Source: Candidatus Methylomirabilis oxygeniifera (GTDB lineage Bacteria > Methylomirabilota > Methylomirabilia > Methylomirabilales > Methylomirabilaceae). Taken from it: DNA of 32,000 nucleotides. Both the position numbers and the translations under genes were made by a program. Below the pieces are notes generated by a model. That model was given only the letters and a program-made list of their open reading frames with translations. It made no database searches and had not been told where the DNA came from. Below, piece after piece: positions 8,214 through 17,031 of the stretch. Numbering within the stretch: position 1 is the first letter of the stretch; each line of letters opens with the position of its first letter. The stretch covers positions 1,170,001 to 1,202,000 of the forward strand of contig FP565575.1 in the NCBI GenBank assembly GCA_000091165.1. The letters are read 5' to 3'.

Positions 8214-9530
8214 CTACCGACCGACCATCTCACCTTGCAGGTACAAAGGGGTCGCTCCCGTGATTGCTACGGAGACAAAGCTGCCGTCTACTACCCCTTC
8301 ACCTCCAAAATGGACAATCTTATTCTGTCTGGTCCGACCGGTATGGCGATCGGTATTCCCCTTGGCATCTTCACGATTCACCAGCACCTCGACTGTTCGG
8401 CCAAGATACGCACGGTTGCGCTCCAGCGACAGACGGTTCATGAGCGCAAGCGCCTGCTCCAGCCAACGGCCTTTCGCCTCCTCAGAGAGCTGATCAGGCA
8501 TCCGTTCCGCCTCTGTGTGGGGTCTCGGCGAATACTTGAACATGAAGGCGCCATCGAACCCAACCTCCTGCATCAGATCCAGAGTCGCCTGAAAGTCCTC
8601 CTCCGTTTCACCGGGAAACCCGACAATAACATCCGTGGTGATCGCGATCTCGGGTGTTCTGGCGCGCAGTAGTGCGATCTTTTTCAGGTACTCATCCCGA
8701 GTGTGGCCGCGCTTCATTTGATACAGGATCCGATCCGAGCCGGACTGAACAGGTAGATGGATCTGTTCGCACAGACTCGGCAACGCCGCGATGGCTGCTG
8801 CCAGCTCGTCGGTCACATCGAGGGGATGCGGACTCGTAAACCGAACCCGCATCTGACTGTCTACGAGTTGATCGATCTGTCGGAGCAGCTCCACGAAGCT
8901 GATCGGAGGCGTGAGCTTCCTTCCGTAGGAGTTGACCGTTTGCCCCAGGAGCGTGACCTCGCGATACCCCTGGCGCTTGAGCCCTCTGATCTCCTCCACG
9001 ATCTCCTGCGGGGGACGGCTACGCTCACGACCTCGAGTGAAAGGAACCACGCAAAAGGTACAGAAGTGATCACACCCCTCCATGATGCTGACCCAGGCCC
9101 TGATATTGCTTTGGCGCTGAACCGGCGCGTCCACAGGGTAAGAATAGCCAGGCGCTCGCGTCGTCACAACGCTTCTTGTGGCCCCTGTCTGAAGCAACGA
9201 CGGAATGGCCGTAAGCTGAGCGGGACCAACCACAAAGTCCAGGTAGGGAAAACGGTTGAGCAGCACCTGTCCTTCCTGCTGCGCGACACATCCGCAGATA
9301 CCGATCTTCAGTCCGGCACGTTCCCGCTTCAGCACCTGAAAGGATCCGAGACGGCTATAGACCTTATGTTCCGCCTTCTCACGGATCGCACAGGTATTCA
9401 GAAGAATCAGATCAGCCTCTTCCTCACATTCGGTGAGGGTGTACCCCTCATTGTGCAGGAGCCCGGTAATCCGCTCCGAATCAAGATCGTTGGCCTGACA
9501 GCCAAAGGTGATCAGCTTCAGCTTAGGCAC
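8214..9530 (-). CDS. miaB: tRNA-2-methylthio-N6-dimethylallyladenosine synthase
   Basis: 438 aa. UPF0004 Cys residues (TFGCQANDLDSE, NTCAIREKAEHK, GCVAQQEG) plus the radical SAM motif MEGCDHFCTFCVVPFTRGRERSR and a C-terminal TRAM-like region. Confidence 0.96.
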   Translation of the reverse strand: MPKLKLITFGCQANDLDSERITGLLHNEGYTLTECEEEADLILLNTCAIREKAEHKVYSRLGSFQVLKRERAGLKIGICGCVAQQEGQVLLNRFPYLDFVVGPAQLTAIPSLLQTGATRSVVTTRAPGYSYPVDAPVQRQSNIRAWVSIMEGCDHFCTFCVVPFTRGRERSRPPQEIVEEIRGLKRQGYREVTLLGQTVNSYGRKLTPPISFVELLRQIDQLVDSQMRVRFTSPHPLDVTDELAAAIAALPSLCEQIHLPVQSGSDRILYQMKRGHTRDEYLKKIALLRARTPEIAITTDVIVGFPGETEEDFQATLDLMQEVGFDGAFMFKYSPRPHTEAERMPDQLSEEAKGRWLEQALALMNRLSLERNRAYLGRTVEVLVNREDAKGNTDRHTGRTRQNKIVHFGGEGVVDGSFVSVAITGATPLYLQGEMVGR

Positions 9531-9532
9531 CG

Positions 9533-10738
9533 TTAACCTTTTCGAAGCGCGCCAAGCGCTCGTTCGATCCGCTCCGCTCCCTTACCGATGCTGTCCATTC
9601 CCGTCGCGTAGGAAAGGCGAAGATGTGCATCGCTTCCGAATTCGCTCCCTGGAACCGATACAACGTGGGCGGTCTGCAGGAGGTAGGCCGCCATTTCAGT
9701 GGAATTGCGAATCGGACGGTCGTCGGCCGCTGTTCCGTAGAACGTGGAGACATTCGGGAAAAGATAGAACGCGCCTTCAGGGTTTGTACATGTGATACCG
9801 GGGATAGCATTCAGGCGACTGATAAGATATTTCCGACGCCGATCGAATTCAACCACCATCGCCCGAAGATCATCATGCGGGCCGAGCAACGCGGCAACGG
9901 CAGCCTTCTGTGCGATCGAGGTCGGGTTCGACGTGACCTGGCTTTGGATGGTACTCATCGCCTTGACGATCTCCGCCGGTCCTGCCGCGTACCCGATCCG
10001 CCAGCCGGTCATGGCATACGCCTTGGAGACGGTATTGACAACAATCGTTCGCCTCTTGACCTGCTCATCGAGCGACGCGATACTCATGTGAGCATGCCCG
10101 TCGTAGGTCAGAGACTCATACGCCTCGTCCGAAATCACCAGCAGGTCTCGCTCCACCACCAGCGCGGCGATGGCCCGCAACTGTTCCAGCGGGATCATTG
10201 CGCCGGTCGGGTTGCACGGACTGTTGAGCAGGATCGCTTTGGTCTTCGGTGTAATGGCCGACTCCAGCGCCGCTCGGGTCAGGTGGAATCCGTCCTCTTC
10301 CCGCGTCGGCACGATAACCGGTCGCGCGTCGACAAGGCGAATCTGTTCCGTATACGTGACCCAGTAGGGGGCCGGAATGATGATCTCGTCGCCGGATTCG
10401 AACAGTGCCTCAGCGATATTGAACAGCGAGTGCTTCGACCCGCACGAGACGATTACCTCTGCCGGACCGTAGGAGAGGCCGTTATCGCGCTTTAGCTTGG
10501 TGATGATCGCCTGTTTTAACTCATCGATACCGGCCGCGGCCGTGTATCGTGTGAATCCCTCGCGGATCGCGGTAATTGCCGCTTCCTTGATATGATCCGG
10601 CGTCTCAAAATCCGGCTCTCCGAGTCCAAAGTCCACAACATCGATCCCTTCCGCCTTCATCTGTTTGGCGATTGCAGCCATAGCTAGCGTGGCAGAGGGA
10701 CTGGTATTCTTCGCGCGAGTTGAGAGATGCACCGCCAT
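9533..10738 (-). CDS. Pyridoxal phosphate-dependent aminotransferase (aspartate aminotransferase-like, class I)
   Basis: 401 aa. Contains VVDFGLGEPDFETPDHIKEA, NSPCNPTGAM and NTVSKAYAMTGWRIGY. Confidence 0.93.
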   Translation of the reverse strand: MAVHLSTRAKNTSPSATLAMAAIAKQMKAEGIDVVDFGLGEPDFETPDHIKEAAITAIREGFTRYTAAAGIDELKQAIITKLKRDNGLSYGPAEVIVSCGSKHSLFNIAEALFESGDEIIIPAPYWVTYTEQIRLVDARPVIVPTREEDGFHLTRAALESAITPKTKAILLNSPCNPTGAMIPLEQLRAIAALVVERDLLVISDEAYESLTYDGHAHMSIASLDEQVKRRTIVVNTVSKAYAMTGWRIGYAAGPAEIVKAMSTIQSQVTSNPTSIAQKAAVAALLGPHDDLRAMVVEFDRRRKYLISRLNAIPGITCTNPEGAFYLFPNVSTFYGTAADDRPIRNSTEMAAYLLQTAHVVSVPGSEFGSDAHLRLSYATGMDSIGKGAERIERALGALRKG

Positions 10739-10778
10739 GGTTTTTGTCTCCGTATTCAGCCTGTCTCCGTTGTACTCG

Positions 10779-11264
10779 CTAACGCGAGCTGATCCGCTCC
10801 TTGAGCATCCGTTCCACCATCGGCGTGACGAATTGGGACACGTCCCCGCCGAGTAGAGCCACCTCCTTGACCAGTCGAGAGCTGAGATAAGAATACTGCT
10901 CGTGAGGCATAAGGAAGACCGTCTCGATCTCTTCGTTCAGCTTTCGATTCATTAATGCCATCTGAAATTCGTATTCGAAGTCGGAGAGGGCGCGGAGACC
11001 GCGGATGACAACGCGCGCGCCCCGTTGATGCATATAATCCACCAGCAAACCGTCAAAGGAGTCGATAGAGACGCCTCGCATGTCTCTGACGGCGTCCCGA
11101 ATGATCCGCTGCCGCTCCACAAGGCTGAACAGCGCGGCCTTCTCCGGGTTGGTGCTCACAGCAATCACCACACGAGAAAAAAGACGGCGCGCCCGCCTGG
11201 CGATATCGATGTGGCCGACGGTGAACGGATCGAAGGTCCCGGCGTAGACAGCCAGCGTCGTCAC
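10779..11264 (-). CDS. coaD: Pantetheine-phosphate adenylyltransferase
   Basis: 161 aa. Contains AVYAGTFDPFTVGHIDIARRA, VVIRGLRALSDFEYEFQMALMNRKL and YSYLSSRLVKEVA. Confidence 0.96.
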   Translation of the reverse strand: MTTLAVYAGTFDPFTVGHIDIARRARRLFSRVVIAVSTNPEKAALFSLVERQRIIRDAVRDMRGVSIDSFDGLLVDYMHQRGARVVIRGLRALSDFEYEFQMALMNRKLNEEIETVFLMPHEQYSYLSSRLVKEVALLGGDVSQFVTPMVERMLKERISSR

Positions 11265-11818
11265 ATTACCTCCCGTCGATACAGTTGAAGGGCGGCATCG
11301 CCATGCCGGACCTCGCGAATAAGCGCCAGCCCGTCAGGGACGTGAATCGGGGCGACCTTTGTCGATCGTTCCAGGATCGCCGTGCCGGTCGGCGCCAGGA
11401 GCTCCATCGACGCGATCAGGCCGATGACCGCCTCCGCATCGGCGTGCAGGTACGGCGGATCCAGAAAGATCAGATCAAATCGTTGTGACCCGCAGACTGC
11501 CCGGCGCAAATACCGCAGAACCTCCATCGAAACCACCTGAGCCCGGTCGCGAAACCCCGACGTGTCGAGGTTTCGGTAGAGCATCGTAAGGGCCGACCGA
11601 TCGTGCTCAACGAACACCGCCGTCGCGGCGCCACGGCTGAGCGCTTCGATCCCCACCGCTCCGGTTCCCGCATACAGGTCGAGAAACGTCCTGCCTTCGA
11701 CCTGTTGCGCCAGCAGATTGAAGAGAACCTCGCGAAGATAGTCCGAGGTCGGCCTCGTCATTCTTCCGCGAGGAGCCAGTATCCGTCGCCCCCTGGCGAG
11801 ACCGCCGATGACCCTCAT
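11261..11818 (-). CDS. rsmD: 16S rRNA (guanine966-N2)-methyltransferase
   Basis: Start chosen at MRVIGGLARGRRIL. Contains TSDYLREVLFNLL, FLDLYAGTGAVGIEALSRGA and DLIFLDPPY. The ORF track start at 11902 adds 28 aa that overlap the plus-strand rpmB promoter. Confidence 0.9.
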   Translation of the reverse strand: MRVIGGLARGRRILAPRGRMTRPTSDYLREVLFNLLAQQVEGRTFLDLYAGTGAVGIEALSRGAATAVFVEHDRSALTMLYRNLDTSGFRDRAQVVSMEVLRYLRRAVCGSQRFDLIFLDPPYLHADAEAVIGLIASMELLAPTGTAILERSTKVAPIHVPDGLALIREVRHGDAALQLYRREVM

Positions 11819-11850
11819 GAGTCGTATCAACCAGATCCGTGCTTCTGTAC

Positions 11851-11879
11851 TTGATTTTAGTGAGTGACCGCCGTATAAT
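11851..11879 (+). promoter_or_regulatory. Sigma70-like promoter for rpmB
   Basis: TTGATT-N17-TATAAT on the plus strand, 60 nt upstream of the rpmB start, with SD GGAGG at about 11926. Confidence 0.68.
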
Positions 11880-11938
11880 TCTGCCTTGTCGTAAACGAGC
11901 ATTCAATCATTATCACATCAACTATCGGAGGTACGGTC

Positions 11939-12142
11939 ATGCCGATTACGCATTCCAGCCAATGTGAGCTATGCGGACGAGGTCCGAAGGTCAGCCGTCA
12001 GGTCAGCCATGCCCACAACGTCAGCAAGCGCCGTCAGCAGATTAACGTCTCGCGTCATCACGTTGTTATGAATGGGGCTCGACGCTATATCGCACTCTGT
12101 ACCCGCTGTCTGCGATCCGGGCTCGTGCAAAAGGCCGGATGA
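11939..12142 (+). CDS. rpmB: 50S ribosomal protein L28, zinc-ribbon (four-Cys) form
   Basis: 67 aa: CELCGRGPKVSRQVSHAHNVSKRRQQINVSRHHVVMNGARRYIALCTRCLRSGLVQKA. This is the L28 signature CELxGxGP...VSHAxNxxKRR with CxxC pairs at both ends. Confidence 0.92.
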   Translation: MPITHSSQCELCGRGPKVSRQVSHAHNVSKRRQQINVSRHHVVMNGARRYIALCTRCLRSGLVQKAG

Positions 12143-12147
12143 ACACA

Positions 12148-12202
12148 AGCAGCCATCAGCCAACAGCTGTTAGCTCACAACTGAAAGCTGATCGCTGCTT
12201 TT
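12148..12202. terminator. Putative bidirectional terminator between convergent rpmB and relA/spoT, built on a period-7 repeat
   Basis: AGCAGC-C-ATCAGC ... GCTGAT-C-GCTGCT-TTT: a 6+6 bp stem with one C:C mismatch followed by TTTT, between two convergent genes. Confidence 0.55.
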
Positions 12203-12204
12203 AA

Positions 12205-14361
12205 TCAGCCGCGGATGCGCTCGACTCCCATCACTCCATCAATCTGACGAATCGCTCCCATCGCGCCCTCGAGCTGCTTCAGGTTGGACACCTCAAGCGT
12301 AAAGGTGTTCAACCCCTTCCGGTCTTCTGTCACGCGTATATCAGCCTGGGCAATATTAATCTTGCTCGCGGAGATTGCCGCGCTGATCGCAGCTAAGATT
12401 CCGGGCCGGTCCGTCCCGATCATCACGCGGATTTTAACCTGGTGGGCGACCTTCGGTGCCGCCTCCCAAGAGACGTTGATTTTTCGTTCCGGGTCGTACA
12501 GGAGTTGGTCTATATTAGAGCAATCCGCAGCGTGAACCGAGACGCCGCGTCCACGCGTGATAAAACCGACAATCTCATCGCCGGGAAGCGGGCTGCAGCA
12601 TCTAGCAAACCGAATGAGAAAATCGTGCGCCCCCAAGAGACTGACCCCATCATCCGGCTGCTGCCGAACCTTTCGCTCCGGCCTCACCTCTCCTTCATGC
12701 GGCAACTCCTCCGCGGGTAAGAGCTTGGCTATGGCCTGCCGAGGGGAGAGCTTGCCATAACCGACGGTCGCAAAAAAATCGTCCGGGGCCGCATAGCCGC
12801 AGGCGGCGAGAACCTTCGTGACCGTCTCCGGCTTAAGAATCTGAGCCGGGCTCTTACCTAGTCGCCGAAGCTCCTTCTCCAGCAGATCCTTTCCAAGACT
12901 GATACTCCGAACCTTCTCTTCGTTTTTGATCCACTGTTTGATCCGTCCCCTCGCCCGCGAGGTTTTGACGAGCTTCAGCCAGTCACGGCTTGGATGGTGC
13001 TTTGAGTCGGTCAGGATCTCGATAATGTCGCCATGCTGCAGTTCGTACCGCAGGGGGACCAGGCGGCCATTCGCCCTGGCCCCCACGCAGGTCATGCCGA
13101 TATCGGAGTGGACACCGAAGGCAAAGTCGATAGGACACGCCCCCTTCGGAAAGGTCTTCACATCTCCTTTTGGCGTGAAAACGTAGACCTCTTCCGGAAA
13201 CAAGTCTACCTTGACCGTTTCCAGGAACTCCCGGCTGTCTTTCAGATCGCGCTGCCACTCCAGGAGCTGTCGAATCCACGCGAACCCTTTGTCGGCCTGG
13301 TCGAACCCTGCCTTCCCCTCCTTGTAGACCCAATGGGCCGCAATCCCCTCCTCTGCCGTTTTATGCATCTCATGAGTTCGAATCTGAATCTCTACCGGTT
13401 CGCCGACCGGGCCGATTACGGTCGTGTGCAACGATTGATACATGTTCGACTTCGGCATGGCGATGAAATCCTTAAATCGACCCGGAATCGGTTTCCACAG
13501 CGAGTGGATGACGCCCAGCGACCCGTAGCAGTCCTTGACCGATTCGGTGATCACCCGGACCGCCGTCAGGTCGTAAATCTCATCGAATTCCTTGTGTTGA
13601 TCACGCATCTTCTTGTAAATGCTATAGAAATGCTTTGGACGACCGATGATCCTGGCCCGAATACCGACCTCGGTTAATTTCTGCTGAAGGATTCCGATGG
13701 CCTCGTTAATATCCTTCTCGCGCTCTCGTCGTTTTTTTGCGATCCGTGCGGACAGATCCTGATAGACCTCGCGCTCAAGGTGGCGGAGCGCCAAATCTTC
13801 GAACTCGGCCTTCATCCAATAGATACCGAGACGGTGGGCGATCGGCGCGTAGATATCGAGGGTCTCTCGGGCAATCAGCCGACGCTTCTCCTCCCGAAGC
13901 GGTTCAAGGGTTCGCATATTGTGGAGCCGATCAGCCAGTTTGATCAGGATGACCCGGATATCCTTCGACATCGCCAGCACCATCTTTCGAAGACTCTCGG
14001 CCTGATGCTCCAGGCGACTGCCGAAGGGGAGCTTACTGATCTTTGTGAGGCCGTCGACCAGATCACCGATCTCATCGCCAAAGGCCTCCTTGACCTCTTC
14101 CAGAGAGGCGTGGGTATCCTCGACCACATCGTGCAGAAGAGCGGCGGCGATACTCGCCACATCCATCTTGAGATTCAGCACGATCTCAGCGACCGCTATC
14201 GGGTGCGAGAGGTACGGCTCTCCCGAGACTCGTTCCTGGCCTTTATGTACCCTGGCGGCAAAGTCATAGGCCCGTTGCAGCAGGGCGACATCCGCGTCAG
14301 GCAACGCAGCGCGAACACGTTCAATAATCGGCTCGATTCCCATAGTGTCCGTGCCTATCAT
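12205..14361 (-). CDS. Bifunctional (p)ppGpp synthetase/hydrolase, RelA/SpoT family
   Basis: HD domain (YLSHPIAVAEIVLNL, AALLHDVVEDT), synthetase domain (GRPKHFYSIYKKM, YDLTAVRVI), TGS (VYVFTPKGDVKTFPKGACPIDFAF) and ACT domains. The start is ambiguous: the track has 14394, but I favour Met at 14361 or 14343 because TATAAT overlaps the 14394 ATG. Confidence 0.93.
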   Translation of the reverse strand: MIGTDTMGIEPIIERVRAALPDADVALLQRAYDFAARVHKGQERVSGEPYLSHPIAVAEIVLNLKMDVASIAAALLHDVVEDTHASLEEVKEAFGDEIGDLVDGLTKISKLPFGSRLEHQAESLRKMVLAMSKDIRVILIKLADRLHNMRTLEPLREEKRRLIARETLDIYAPIAHRLGIYWMKAEFEDLALRHLEREVYQDLSARIAKKRREREKDINEAIGILQQKLTEVGIRARIIGRPKHFYSIYKKMRDQHKEFDEIYDLTAVRVITESVKDCYGSLGVIHSLWKPIPGRFKDFIAMPKSNMYQSLHTTVIGPVGEPVEIQIRTHEMHKTAEEGIAAHWVYKEGKAGFDQADKGFAWIRQLLEWQRDLKDSREFLETVKVDLFPEEVYVFTPKGDVKTFPKGACPIDFAFGVHSDIGMTCVGARANGRLVPLRYELQHGDIIEILTDSKHHPSRDWLKLVKTSRARGRIKQWIKNEEKVRSISLGKDLLEKELRRLGKSPAQILKPETVTKVLAACGYAAPDDFFATVGYGKLSPRQAIAKLLPAEELPHEGEVRPERKVRQQPDDGVSLLGAHDFLIRFARCCSPLPGDEIVGFITRGRGVSVHAADCSNIDQLLYDPERKINVSWEAAPKVAHQVKIRVMIGTDRPGILAAISAAISASKINIAQADIRVTEDRKGLNTFTLEVSNLKQLEGAMGAIRQIDGVMGVERIRG

Positions 14362-14392
14362 TGTTGATCTGTTCAGGGACTGTCCCGTAGCC

Positions 14393-14401
14393 ATTATAAC
14401 A
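14393..14401 (-). promoter_or_regulatory. Possible extended -10 promoter upstream of relA/spoT
   Basis: Minus strand reads TGTTATAAT (TGnTATAAT). No convincing -35 at 17 nt. Confidence 0.4.
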
Positions 14402-14490
14402 CTTTATTTTTAGCACATTTTCGCGGACTTTCCAAAGGCTTTCAGGAGCGTTTACCTTGATACGAGGCTTACCTTCTTCATCAGATGCGC

Positions 14491-15156
14491 CTAGCGTTCC
14501 AGCACGCTTAGAATCTCCTCTTGCCGGATGGGACCCTCTCTCATAATGATGGGCGGGTCCGTGGTCACGTCTATGACAGTCGAGGGACTCCCGCCGACCA
14601 CAGGTCCCCCATCCAGGACCAGGTCTACCTGATCTCCCAACTGGTGGAGCACCTCATACGCGTTCATGGGATCTTTCTGTCCCGAGCGGTTCGCACTTGT
14701 CCCGGTCACGGGGCCGCCGAACTGGCGGATCAGGGCAAGCGCAACGGCCGAATCGGGAACCCTGAGACCGATCCGACCGGTCTCGGCGGTCAGCAGTGCG
14801 CAGACCGTGCGAGGAGCCGTCACGACGAGGGTAAGCGGACCGGGCCACCAACGCTCGGCAAGCCGAACGGCCGCCTCAGGCAGTTCACCGACCAGTTGGA
14901 TCGCCATCGTCAAATCGGCTACCAGCAGCGGGATAGGCTTTATCAGGCTACGGCCCTTTGCCTCAAAGACCCGCTCGACTGCAAGGGGGTTCGAGGCATC
15001 AGCTCCGAGGGCGTACAAGGTATCGGTAGGAAACGCTACCAGGCCGCCGCTACGGAGAACCGATGCCGCTTGCGCCACAGCGGACGGTGACGGAGACTGA
15101 GGCGTGACGGCAAGCCTCAGCGCTTGGGCGTTCGGTCGGTCACCTGCTCGAACCAT
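14491..15156 (-). CDS. L-threonylcarbamoyladenylate synthase (TsaC/YwlC/Sua5 family)
   Basis: Contains GLVAFPTDTLYALGADASNPLAVERVFEAKGRSLIKPIPLLVADL, RWWPGPLTLVV, GRIGLRVPDS and GPVTGTSANRSG. The track start is 15231, the real start is uncertain, and the N-terminus overlaps the upstream gene. Confidence 0.88.
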   Translation of the reverse strand: MVRAGDRPNAQALRLAVTPQSPSPSAVAQAASVLRSGGLVAFPTDTLYALGADASNPLAVERVFEAKGRSLIKPIPLLVADLTMAIQLVGELPEAAVRLAERWWPGPLTLVVTAPRTVCALLTAETGRIGLRVPDSAVALALIRQFGGPVTGTSANRSGQKDPMNAYEVLHQLGDQVDLVLDGGPVVGGSPSTVIDVTTDPPIIMREGPIRQEEILSVLER

Positions 15157-16313
15157 CCTTGAAAGCTGCCCCCTTTCTTCACCTGATAGATTACGTATGG
15201 CGGCTTGAGCCGATCCCCCTTCGCATCCCACCGAAGCTCACCGAGGGCGCCGAGATAGGTCATCCGATGCAAGTGCTGCGACACTCGAAGCAAATGGGAC
15301 CGTGATGCCGCCTTTGGTTTGGCGCGGGCAATAGCCGTAAAAAGGGCGCCTGCTGCGTCGTACGCATATAGCGTATATGGGCCGATAGCGCCATACCGAT
15401 CGTGAAAGCGTTTGATGGCAGCCTCGGCCGACGGCAGCAGCATCGGGTCTGGGGCAAAGGTCAAATAGGTGCCTGCGGCTGCCGTCTCTCCGGCCACATT
15501 GATAAACTCCATCCCGAACACCCCATCCCCGCTGACTAACGTCGCCTTGATGCCCTGTTCCCGAAGCCGTTTCGCGAGCAGACCGCCCTCGTGAAACAAG
15601 CCTCCGAAATAGACCAGGTCCGGTTCCTCCGTCTTGATCTGTTCGATTACAGAACCAATATCCTTTCCGCCCGATGAAATCGCCATGCTGGTCACGCGGA
15701 GGCTGCGCTGCGCCCGTACGATCCGTCTCTTGAACGCCTCTGCCAGCGCCCGCCCATAAGCCGTCTGATCGTGCAGGATCACGACTCGGCGCGGGCGAAG
15801 CGACTCGAGGACGAACTCTGCCGCTACTCGCCCCTGCTGATCGTCCCGCCCGCACGTGCGAAAGAGGCTCATGAACCCCTGCTCTGTAAGTCGCGGGTCG
15901 GTACTTGATGGGGTAATCTGCGGGATTCCGGCAGCGTGATAGATCGCCGACGCCGGGAACGAGCCTGCCGACGTCAGGTGGCCGATCACCCCCCAGACTC
16001 CTGCCTGCACCAATCGTTTTGCCGCAGTCACCGCTTCTGCCGGATCGTTACGGTCGTCCTCCAGCAAGAGGTGAATGCGACGCCCCAGGATGCCCCCCTT
16101 TTCGTTCCACTCCTCGGCAGCAAGCGCAACAGCGTCCCGGACATATCGGCCCATGTGAGCAAGGTCGCCCGACATCGGCCCGACAACCCCGATGGTGATC
16201 TCGGATGCCTCGATCTGCGACGTTCCCGCGGCCCTCGCAGGTGAAGCTACCGAGAGAGCCAGTACAAGCAGTGTCATGATGACAGCGAACGCCGCACGTT
16301 CAATCTTGAACAT
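15117..16313 (-). CDS. Branched-chain amino-acid-type ABC transporter substrate-binding protein, paralog 2
   Basis: Signal peptide MFKIERAAFAVIMTLLVLALSVASPARAA, then ITIGVVGPMSGDLAHMGRYVRDAVALAAEEWNEKGGILGRRIHLLLEDDRNDP. Start placed at ATG 16313 (track start 16358). Confidence 0.9.
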   Translation of the reverse strand: MFKIERAAFAVIMTLLVLALSVASPARAAGTSQIEASEITIGVVGPMSGDLAHMGRYVRDAVALAAEEWNEKGGILGRRIHLLLEDDRNDPAEAVTAAKRLVQAGVWGVIGHLTSAGSFPASAIYHAAGIPQITPSSTDPRLTEQGFMSLFRTCGRDDQQGRVAAEFVLESLRPRRVVILHDQTAYGRALAEAFKRRIVRAQRSLRVTSMAISSGGKDIGSVIEQIKTEEPDLVYFGGLFHEGGLLAKRLREQGIKATLVSGDGVFGMEFINVAGETAAAGTYLTFAPDPMLLPSAEAAIKRFHDRYGAIGPYTLYAYDAAGALFTAIARAKPKAASRSHLLRVSQHLHRMTYLGALGELRWDAKGDRLKPPYVIYQVKKGGSFQGWFEQVTDRTPKR

Positions 16314-16326
16314 TGAACGCTGCACG

Positions 16327-17031
16327 TTACTCGCCAAGATAGGCACTTCGGACCTCACCGTTGGCCATCAGTGTTTCGGCATCATCGGCAAGCACGATCT
16401 GGCCAACCTCCATGACATACCCTTTGGCCGCGATCCGCAGAGCCATATGTGCGTTTTGCTCGACCAGCAGAATCGTTGTCGATTGGGCATTGATCTCTCG
16501 AATCACCTCGAAGATGGTCTCCACCAATTTGGGGGCCAGCCCGAGCGACGGTTCATCCAACAGCAGGAGCCGTGGGCGCGCCATCAGGGCGCGACCGATC
16601 GCCAGCATCTGCTGTTCCCCGCCGGAAAGCGTCCCGCCAAGTTGTGACCGGCGGTCTTTGAGAAGCGGGAAGAGTTGGAATACCCGATCGAGGTCGTGGC
16701 GGACCTCGGCGGCCTTCGCGCGGGTGTAGGCGCCCATCTCCAGATTTTCCAGGACGGTCAGCGTTGGAAAGATTCTCCGCCCCTCCGGGACCTGCGAAAT
16801 GCCGCGCTGGACGATGGTATGGGCCGGAAGGTGCGTCAGTTCCTCGCCTTCGAAGATGATCCGTCCGCTGGTCAGTCTCAGGATTCCTGAAATCGTCATC
16901 AATGTCGACGATTTCCCGGCCCCGTTCGCGCCGATCAGCGTGACGATCTGGCCCTGTTCCACCTCAAGACTGATGCCCCTGAGGGCATGGATGGCGCCAT
17001 AATGGAGATGCACCTCCTTCAGGCTAAGCAT
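16327..17031 (-). CDS. livF: Branched-chain amino-acid ABC transporter ATP-binding protein LivF
   Basis: 234 aa. Walker A GANGAGKSS, signature LSGGEQQMLAIGRALM, Walker B LLLLDEPSLGLAP. Confidence 0.94.
   Translation of the reverse strand: MLSLKEVHLHYGAIHALRGISLEVEQGQIVTLIGANGAGKSSTLMTISGILRLTSGRIIFEGEELTHLPAHTIVQRGISQVPEGRRIFPTLTVLENLEMGAYTRAKAAEVRHDLDRVFQLFPLLKDRRSQLGGTLSGGEQQMLAIGRALMARPRLLLLDEPSLGLAPKLVETIFEVIREINAQSTTILLVEQNAHMALRIAAKGYVMEVGQIVLADDAETLMANGEVRSAYLGE

Noticed and set aside
7560-8672. 370 aa plus-strand ORF
   Set aside because: It is fully antisense to the well-supported hpt and miaB genes and has no recognisable motif. It is a shadow ORF from high-GC codon bias.
8757-9536. 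259 aa plus-strand ORF
   Set aside because: Antisense to miaB, Arg/His-rich and low-information; shadow ORF.
9623-10495. 290 aa plus-strand ORF
   Set aside because: Antisense to the aminotransferase, whose PLP motifs are clear.
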